DNA of 63,645 bases, filler included, from an uncultured bacterium (GTDB lineage: Bacteria > Latescibacterota > UBA2968), in NCBI GenBank assembly GCA_964471275.1. It is 3 parts of 3 records of this genome, joined end to end, with 100 filler letters (N's around TTAATTAATTAA, not from the genome) between each part and the next. Parts side by side here need not be neighbours in the genome. Positions count along the whole stretch, not along the records: positions 53,181 to 63,645 come from CAYYGZ010000167.1; 2 more parts are not named here. One strand, given 5' to 3'. Every line of letters starts with the position of its first letter. The first letter of the stretch is position 1. The position numbers and the translations under genes were made by a program. Below, piece by piece: positions 56,899 through 63,645 of this stretch. The notes below the pieces were generated by a model. It was not told where the DNA came from. It made no database searches and saw only the letters and a program-made list of their open reading frames with translations.

Positions 56899-58911
56899 CT
56901 ACCAGGCCTTCAGTAAGGGTGCCAGAACCAGAGAAACTACAGACATCAGTTTGATCAGGATATTCAGCGCGGGCCCGGATGTATCCTTCAAGGGATCTCC
57001 AACCGTATCACCGACCACCGAAGCCTTGTGCGCCTCGGATCCCTTACCCCCGAGATTCCCGTCTTCAATCCATTTCTTCCCGTTGTCCAATGCGCCTCCA
57101 GTGTTTGCCATCATTATCGCGACAAGCACACCGCTGAGGGTTGCCCCACCCAGCATTCCACCGAGCGCTTCGGGACCCAGTAATGCCCCAACGACAACAG
57201 GGCTCAAAACGGCGACCAGACCGGGAAGTACCATCTCGCGTAGAGCCGCAACCGTGCTGATATCGACGCACCTTCGTGTGTCAGGCTTGCCGGTCCCCTC
57301 CATCAGTCCCGGAATCTCGCGGAACTGTCGGCGAACCTCTTCGACCATTTTAAAAGCAGCCTTACCCACAGAGGTCATCGTCAGTGCAGCGACTAGGAAC
57401 GGAACGGCTCCCCCGACGAACAAGCCGATGACCACAATGGGCTTCGTCAGGTCGATCGACTCGAGCCCCACGGTGGAGGTGTAGGCTGAGAACAGAGCAA
57501 GTGCCGTCAATGCAGCCGAACCGATGGCAAAGCCCTTACCGATCGCGGCCGTCGTGTTGCCGATCGAATCCAGACCGTCTGTAATTTTGCGTGTATCCGG
57601 TCCGAGCTCAGCCATCTCCGATATCCCGCCCGCATTGTCTGCGATCGGGCCGTAGGCATCAACTGCCATAGTCACACCCACGGTGGACAGCATACCAACG
57701 GCAGCGATGCCGATCCCGTAGAGACCTGCGAAATGAAAGCCCAGACCGATAGCCGCGCAGATCGCGAGGATGGGCAGCATCGTGCTCTCCATGCCGACAG
57801 CCAGTCCTGCAATCATGTTGGTTGCTGGACCCGTCTCGGATGCGGTAGCAATCCTGCGGACCGGTTCGCCACCGGTATAGTATTCCGTGAGCAACCCAAT
57901 AACGATGCCCGTGATACCGCCGGAGACGACCGCATAGAAAATGTCAGGAGACAGCCCAACAGAGTCGATAAAGAAATAGCTCCCCGCGAACAACAACACG
58001 GCCGCCACGAGAGGAGCATTCCGCAATGCTGCCGCGGGATCAAGGTTCCTCAGAAGACGCATCGAAAAGACACCGAGCAGCGAGGAAACCAGACCGATCA
58101 TCGCGATCGCGATCGGAAGCTGCATCACCAGGATCTGGACACTTGCCGGATCGACCGTGGTACCCTTCAATCGACCGAGAAGCGACACACTTGCCGTTGC
58201 CGCAATAGCGATCGTGGCAATGATCGAGCCGACATACGATTCAAAGATATCGGCACCCATACCGGCGACATCGCCGACGTTATCACCGACGTTATCGGCG
58301 ATCACGGCTGGATTACGGGGATCATCTTCCGGAATACCCGCCTCGACCTTACCGACAAGATCAGCGCCCACGTCGGCGGTCTTTGTATAGATGCCGCCGC
58401 CAACACGTGCAAACAGGGCGATCGAGCTCGCGCCCATCGCAAAACCATTGATCACCTTGGCGTTTTCCGGTGAACCATACAGCCCGAACAGAAGGCCCAC
58501 GCCCAGCAACCCCAGGCTGGCAACAGCCAACCCCATAACCGTGCCGCCGGAGAAGGCGATTGAGAGCGCCTCCGCCTGGCCCTTCTGGTTGGCTGCATAT
58601 GCCGTGCGTACGTTCGCTCGCGTTGCCGCCTTCATACCAAGAAAACCGGCAAGCATCGAACAGACCGATCCGAGAACAAAGGAGGCGGCCGTGTCGAGGT
58701 CGATACCTACGGCGAGGGCAATGGTTACGAATACAACGAAAAGAGCGAGAACAACATATTCTCGCTTTAGGAATGCCATCGCGCCTTCGTGAATGGCGTC
58801 AGAGATTTCCCGCATCCGCTCGGCACCGACCGGTTGCTTCAGGATGCGCAGATAAACCAGCAACGCACACCCGAGCCCGGCCACACCGAGCAACGGTGCC
58901 CATTCGATCAT
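56899..58911 (-). CDS. hppA: Membrane-bound ion-translocating pyrophosphatase (K+-dependent, probably Na+-pumping)
   Basis: [69 protein letters not shown]. Confidence 0.95.
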   Translation of the reverse strand: MIEWAPLLGVAGLGCALLVYLRILKQPVGAERMREISDAIHEGAMAFLKREYVVLALFVVFVTIALAVGIDLDTAASFVLGSVCSMLAGFLGMKAATRANVRTAYAANQKGQAEALSIAFSGGTVMGLAVASLGLLGVGLLFGLYGSPENAKVINGFAMGASSIALFARVGGGIYTKTADVGADLVGKVEAGIPEDDPRNPAVIADNVGDNVGDVAGMGADIFESYVGSIIATIAIAATASVSLLGRLKGTTVDPASVQILVMQLPIAIAMIGLVSSLLGVFSMRLLRNLDPAAALRNAPLVAAVLLFAGSYFFIDSVGLSPDIFYAVVSGGITGIVIGLLTEYYTGGEPVRRIATASETGPATNMIAGLAVGMESTMLPILAICAAIGLGFHFAGLYGIGIAAVGMLSTVGVTMAVDAYGPIADNAGGISEMAELGPDTRKITDGLDSIGNTTAAIGKGFAIGSAALTALALFSAYTSTVGLESIDLTKPIVVIGLFVGGAVPFLVAALTMTSVGKAAFKMVEEVRRQFREIPGLMEGTGKPDTRRCVDISTVAALREMVLPGLVAVLSPVVVGALLGPEALGGMLGGATLSGVLVAIMMANTGGALDNGKKWIEDGNLGGKGSEAHKASVVGDTVGDPLKDTSGPALNILIKLMSVVSLVLAPLLKAW

Positions 58912-58959
58912 TTTCGTCTCCGGATGACAACCGCACAGCCAAAAACCAAGGTGCGGTTG

Positions 58960-59520
58960 CTACCTCCCATTTGTAGTGTTCATTGCAGCCTCAACACCGC
59001 TGCCGCACCACGCCCGAACCGCTTCTGCAGCCCGATCGACCATGCGTTCGACCTCGGGCAACTCTGTCGTGTCGAATGCCCCCAGAACGTAATCGATCTG
59101 AGAGATTCCGGAAGGGACCTCTCCAACACCAAGCCGAACCCTGGGGAAATCATCGGATTTCAGCACCCACCCGATAGACCGGAGGCCGTTATGCCCCCCC
59201 TCGGATCCCGATCGCCGAACTCTGGTGCGACCGACAGCCAGATTGATGTCATCGACCAGGATCAGAACGTCCCTGAGAGTCCCGCCGGACCACGAAAGCG
59301 CATCCTCGACCGCGAGACCCGAGTCGTTCATGTACGTTGTCGGCTTGATCAACAGTACCGGCCGTGAACGAATCGTCACGCACGTGTGATCGAATGATTG
59401 ACGAGACTCCCACTGCGTGGATCCTGAGAGTCGGGAGACGACCTCGAACCCAATGTTGTGCCGCGCACCGACATACTTGGGTCCCGGGTTCCCGAGACCC
59501 ACAACCAGCCGGGTGCCCAG
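58960..59520 (-). CDS. pth: Peptidyl-tRNA hydrolase
   Basis: RLVVGLGNPG..RHNIGF, KPTTYMNDSG, GGHNGLRS. Start probably CTG 59520 (alternative GTG 59502). Confidence 0.93.
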   Translation of the reverse strand: MGTRLVVGLGNPGPKYVGARHNIGFEVVSRLSGSTQWESRQSFDHTCVTIRSRPVLLIKPTTYMNDSGLAVEDALSWSGGTLRDVLILVDDINLAVGRTRVRRSGSEGGHNGLRSIGWVLKSDDFPRVRLGVGEVPSGISQIDYVLGAFDTTELPEVERMVDRAAEAVRAWCGSGVEAAMNTTNGR

Positions 59521-59522
59521 TC

Positions 59523-60211
59523 CTACTCCTCGTCCTCTTCGTCGTCCTTCTTGCCGCGTTCGATGACCTCGGGCTCCTGAGCCTCTTCCTCCATCTCCTC
59601 GCCTTCCTCGTCCTCCTCATCCTCCTGGCGGACCGTCGGAGGCGCCACGGCAAAGACAGATCGGTCACTCTCGGTAACAATCGTGCTACCTTCTGGGATG
59701 GCCAGATCCGAAACGTGGACCGTGTCACCGATCGCGAGATCAGTTACGTCGTAATCGATCGATTCAGGGATGTTTGTGGGCAGACATTCCACTTCGATCT
59801 GGTAGAGCATGTGCTCCAGAATTCCGCCGTCATTCCGGACACCAATCGGAACTCCTTCGCTGTGCACTGGCACATCNNNNNNNNNNCATCGACAACAATC
59901 TTTTCAGTCATAGAGATCCGGTGGAAATCGATATGCAGAATATCGCCCGACACCGGGTGGTGCTGAATCTCTTTCACAATCGTTGAGTAGTCAGAGTCTC
60001 CGCTTCCCTCAACCTTGAGAGACACAATCGCATTACGGCCGAAGTCGTGAATCAGCGTTCTGAACGCCTTGTCATCGACCGCACACTTCACGGAATCAAT
60101 CTCGGAACCGTAAACCACGGCAGGAACCGTGCCCTCGCTCCGAAGTCGTTTCGCTGGGCCCTTGCCTGAGTCAGTTCGAGGCCTGGCTTCAAGAACCGCT
60201 GAGTCTGCCAT
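59523..60211 (-). CDS. rplY: 50S ribosomal protein L25/Ctc (frame broken by 10-N gap at 59877-59886)
   Basis: GKGPAKRLR..VPAVVYG, QHHPV..HIDF, GGILEH..VECLPTNIPE, acidic tail. The gap flanks duplicate CATC, so the true join reads IVVDVPV. Confidence 0.95.
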
Positions 60212-60245
60212 TTGTTACTCCTCCAAATTCATCCCGGTCGTGCAT

Positions 60246-60319
60246 TGGCTGCCGGGCAGGGATTCGAACCCCGATAAGCGGCTCCAAAGGCCGCTGTCTT
60301 ACCCTTAGACGACCCGGCA
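60246..60319 (-). tRNA. tRNA-Gln(TTG)
   Basis: TGCCGGGTCGTCTAAGGGTAAGACAGCGGCCTTTGGAGCCGCTTATCGGGGTTCGAATCCCTGCCCGGCAGCCA; conserved position after ispE. Confidence 0.96.
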
Positions 60320-60326
60320 GCCCCGT

Positions 60327-61208
60327 TCACTGAGTGAATCTCGTACTCAGCCGACGCACAGGCCTGCACAGACGGACGGTATAACCCCGATTGCGCAGAC
60401 GGTCGATGGTCATCTGCGCATCGGATTCTTGCGCAAAGCCACCGTATAAGGTCGCACCCGTTCCGCTCATTGAGGCACCTGCTGCGCCTCCTTCGCGGAG
60501 AACGGAAAGGATATGTTGAATGCTCGGATAGCGCGCTGCAACAACCGTCAAAAAATCGTTTTCGACAGCCGCAAGTAGATCAAGAAGATCGACTTTGCCG
60601 CAGTCGCACACAGAATTTAAAAATCTAATATATGGGCTGTCCGATGTCAATTCTATATTGACTTTCCCGAACGCCCAGGGCGTGGACACACCGAAACCGG
60701 GTTCAACCAGGACAAGAACTGGATCCCCTTCAGAATCAATACGTTGCAGGTGCTCACCTCTTCCGGTCACCAGCGCTGTGCCCCCTCGAATAAAGAAAGG
60801 TACATCAGACCCGATTGAGGCTCCTAACGTGGCAAGACGATCAGCGGCGAGGTTCAGATCCCATAGCTTGTTCAGTGCCACCAGTGTGCTGCCCGCATTC
60901 GAACTACCCCCGCCAAGCCCGCCACCAGCTGGAATCTGCTTGAGAATGTCGATTTCCGCACCCAGTTCGGGCCGATTCGTGGCGATTCGCAGGGCGTCCG
61001 CAGCTCGATACGCAAGGTTGTCGGGGCCATCGGGGATACCGGCTCCTAAGGAGGTAACCCTGAGATCATCTGTTTCAAGCGCGCGAACTGTCAACGTGTC
61101 CGCCAGATCGATCTCGTGAAACAGAGAAAGGATATCGTGATATCCATCCTCTCTCTTGCCGAGAACCTTCAGACCCAGGTTGATCTTCGCGTAGGAGAAT
61201 AGCTTCAT
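60327..61208 (-). CDS. ispE: 4-(cytidine 5'-diphospho)-2-C-methyl-D-erythritol kinase
   Basis: AKINLGL..REDGYH, KQIPAGGGLGGGSSNA, IGSDVPFF, MSGTG. Start re-called at ATG 61208. Confidence 0.95.
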   Translation of the reverse strand: MKLFSYAKINLGLKVLGKREDGYHDILSLFHEIDLADTLTVRALETDDLRVTSLGAGIPDGPDNLAYRAADALRIATNRPELGAEIDILKQIPAGGGLGGGSSNAGSTLVALNKLWDLNLAADRLATLGASIGSDVPFFIRGGTALVTGRGEHLQRIDSEGDPVLVLVEPGFGVSTPWAFGKVNIELTSDSPYIRFLNSVCDCGKVDLLDLLAAVENDFLTVVAARYPSIQHILSVLREGGAAGASMSGTGATLYGGFAQESDAQMTIDRLRNRGYTVRLCRPVRRLSTRFTQ

Positions 61209-61347
61209 AGAACCTCTGCCAAAGTTGCAGATAAAAACATCTAACTTAGTCCCCCCGATCTGGGCACCGACGACGTTGACCGGGCGGCAAATATAGTTTA
61301 AATTGCCCAATATGTGCAAACTTAACTCCTAGAATTGGGTGGATTTT

Positions 61348-63645
61348 TTGCAGATACGTAGCGCGTCACGCGGGTTCCTGATATCAGCCATTTTGGCTGT
61401 TCTTATTCCGATGGCCTCTCATGGGCAGGCGCTTCAGGACGAGCGCGAGGCCTTCGAGTATGCCCAGGTGCTGTATGGAGACGAGCTCTACGAAACGGCT
61501 GCTGAGGAGTTCCGTCGGTTCATCCTCAACTATCCAACGAGTGAGCGACTGGCTCAGGCCCGACTCCGACTGGCTGATGCATACTACCGTGCGGGATCCC
61601 TGACGGAATCTGTCGAAGCATATCAGATTTTCGTCGATAGAAACCCCAATAACATCGAAGTCGCCGCGGCACTCAGAAACAGGGCGGGTGCTCTCGAACG
61701 TTTGTCGGACTACGGTAGAGCTGCCGCTGCCTTCACGGAACTCTACGACCGGTTCCGTACAGGCGAGTATGCAGTTCAGGACCTCCTATCTGCGGGAACC
61801 AACTCGAGAAAGGCCAGTGACTTCGCGACCGCCGAACGTGTGCTGCGGATGATTATCACCGACCATCCGTCGACGCCCCTGCTTCGGGAAGCCGCCTACA
61901 ATCTGGGTCTCGTCTTGATCGACCAGGATCGAGAATCGGAGGCTCTGAAGCAGCTGGAAACGGTGGTTGAGAGCGAACGTGAACCAGATGCCCTCCTGGA
62001 AATCGGCCGGATCGCTCTGGGCCAGGATGATCTCACACGAACGGAACGGACATTTGCCGACCTGAGGAAACGATTCTCGCGAACCCGGTCTGCACACGAA
62101 TCCTACCTCGTCCTGGGAGATTGGTATGAGACCCGGGGCGAATGGGCAAAAGCGACAGAGATCTACGAAATTGCTCGATCGTCAAGATTGAGCACAGAGC
62201 ATCAGCAGAAGGCAATCCTGGGTTTGGCGCGCGTCTATCGTGAGTCAGGGAAGGATGCGCTCCAGCTATACACCCAGTTCCTGAAAGTCTACCCGGCCAG
62301 CCCGTATCTTCCAGACGCTAGGTTGGGTTTGGGCAGATCCTATGTGGACAAACGGCAGTATGGTCAAGCGATTGATGCCTTCAACCGCCTGCAGGAGACA
62401 TTTCCCAGGCATCCCTACAGTGTTGCCGCTCACCGGGATATCGGCGACGTCTACGCGGCTTTGGGGTCACCCCGCCAAGCACTTGCCGCTTACAAACGCC
62501 ACCTGACTCTGTCCGCAGACAGCACTGAATCGGCCATTACACGCCTCAAAATCGCAGTGGTTTACCGAGGTCAGCTCGGGTGGACAGATCTTGCGCTCGA
62601 TGTCCTGTCGGATCTCTCGCTGGTTGACGATCGTCGCACGGCCGCCTCCGCGCAGTTCCAGCTTGGTCAGACACACGAGGACGCAGGGAACACAAACCTG
62701 GCCATCCGCGAATACCGCAACTATCTGGAACGCTTCGCAGGCGAGCCCGACGCCCGCCTGGCCGAAAACAGGATTCGATACCTCTCGACCTACGCGCCTA
62801 CAAAGCGGGTCGACCGAGACCTGATCGACTTGCTCGGCCTCATATCGGCCACGCCTCAAACACGATTGCAGCTGGGGCGTCTCCTCTTTCGCCAGCGTCA
62901 TTACGATCAGGCAATCCCGCATCTCGAGGCTGCGAGTTCCGACACATCCGGCTCCCCTGAGGGAGCCTACCTGCTGGCAGAGGCCCTGCTGGCAATCGAC
63001 CGGCGGCAAGACATCCTCACAGGCTCAGGAGAGAGATACCAGGATCGGGCTCTGGCGATACTTCGGGAGCTTTCCGCAACGGGGCAGAACAGCGAGTTTG
63101 CGGATGATGCCGCCTTCCGTGTAATAGAAATCCAGCACGGTTCGGGCGATACCGCCTCGGTGCGTACACGTATTGAAGCCTACGACCAATTCGTAAAATC
63201 CTATCCGACCTCTGACCGCCTCTCAGAGGGCATCCTCAAACAGGCCAACGCCCACCTTACACTCGCCAGATTTGACACGAAACACGTTGATCTTGCTCGA
63301 GCCAAATACGGGAAGATCGGTAATGCGGATGACAAGCTTGGGGAGCAAGCCAGTTACGGCATCGCCAGGTGCCTCGCGATCAAGCAGGACTACGTTGCGG
63401 CCGAGAATGCGCTCCGTGATTTTCTCTTCACCTACCCCAACAGCGATCTCGGTGAAGAGGCGCGGTTTCAGCTCGGCCTCATCTTGCTCGAGCGTGGTTA
63501 TCTGCAAAGTGCCAGTACTGAGTTTGCTGAACTTCTGACCGCACCGACCTCCGTGGATCTCGAGAAGTCAAGTCGAGCACTCCTGGCTGAATGCTATTTC
63601 CGATTGGAAGATTTCGAAGCCGCGATCAGAATAGATGAGACACTT
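61348..63645 (+). CDS. Large exported tetratricopeptide-repeat protein (runs off window end; missing from ORF track)
   Basis: Own translation: signal-like GFLISAILAVLIPMASHGQA, then repeated TPR units (AAEEFRRFILNYPTSERLAQARLRLADAYY; FLKVYPASPYLPDARLGLG; FLFTYPNSDLGEEARFQLG). Start TTG 61348 or GTG 61339. Confidence 0.85.
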   Translation, partial: MQIRSASRGFLISAILAVLIPMASHGQALQDEREAFEYAQVLYGDELYETAAEEFRRFILNYPTSERLAQARLRLADAYYRAGSLTESVEAYQIFVDRNPNNIEVAAALRNRAGALERLSDYGRAAAAFTELYDRFRTGEYAVQDLLSAGTNSRKASDFATAERVLRMIITDHPSTPLLREAAYNLGLVLIDQDRESEALKQLETVVESEREPDALLEIGRIALGQDDLTRTERTFADLRKRFSRTRSAHESYLVLGDWYETRGEWAKATEIYEIARSSRLSTEHQQKAILGLARVYRESGKDALQLYTQFLKVYPASPYLPDARLGLGRSYVDKRQYGQAIDAFNRLQETFPRHPYSVAAHRDIGDVYAALGSPRQALAAYKRHLTLSADSTESAITRLKIAVVYRGQLGWTDLALDVLSDLSLVDDRRTAASAQFQLGQTHEDAGNTNLAIREYRNYLERFAGEPDARLAENRIRYLSTYAPTKRVDRDLIDLLGLISATPQTRLQLGRLLFRQRHYDQAIPHLEAASSDTSGSPEGAYLLAEALLAIDRRQDILTGSGERYQDRALAILRELSATGQNSEFADDAAFRVIEIQHGSGDTASVRTRIEAYDQFVKSYPTSDRLSEGILKQANAHLTLARFDTKHVDLARAKYGKIGNADDKLGEQASYGIARCLAIKQDYVAAENALRDFLFTYPNSDLGEEARFQLGLILLERGYLQSASTEFAELLTAPTSVDLEKSSRALLAECYFRLEDFEAAIRIDETL

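Noticed and set aside
56777..57484. Long antisense or alternate-frame ORFs (also 35-337, 4955-5869, 12197-13177, 13574-14536, 20287-21024)
   Set aside because: They are shadows of well-supported genes in GC-rich DNA and carry no recognisable motifs.

Overview
This is a GC-rich bacterial draft sequence made of three contigs joined by artificial 100-nt N/TTAATTAATTAA/N linkers (26703-26802 and 53081-53180), so adjacency across the linkers is not biological. Gene content suggests a Latescibacterota-like heterotroph (inference). Contig 1 carries a partial secreted cohesin-like gene, tRNA-Phe, and an uncharacterised three-gene membrane module: a DUF6785/6784-type protein, a 1521-aa degenerate M28-peptidase/FtsX fusion, and an OPT-like transporter with an apparently circularly permuted Fn3 insert. 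It continues with a Crp regulator, a sugar-acid/amide catabolic enzyme run including a PL17-like lyase, a deleted IS481 remnant, and a DapF whose two catalytic Cys are both Ser. Contig 2 starts at an IS481 right end and carries SMR, SelA-like, ROK, Gfo/Idh, cupin, CutA, Mut7-C and serine hydrolase genes. These are followed by an ~18-kb co-oriented array of six PL33-like heparinase II/III-family paralogues plus a PL12-like lyase, with malate synthase G and an unknown secreted protein embedded, and then partial purB. Contig 3 has a nonsense-interrupted ABC-class ATPase, the ispE-tRNA-Gln-rplY-pth-hppA-rpsF-rpsR-rplI cluster (no prs, no ssb) and a partial large TPR protein. The best candidates for undescribed systems are the lyase paralogue array and the DUF6785/M28-FtsX/OPT module. 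Family names come from motif recognition only; no database was searched.
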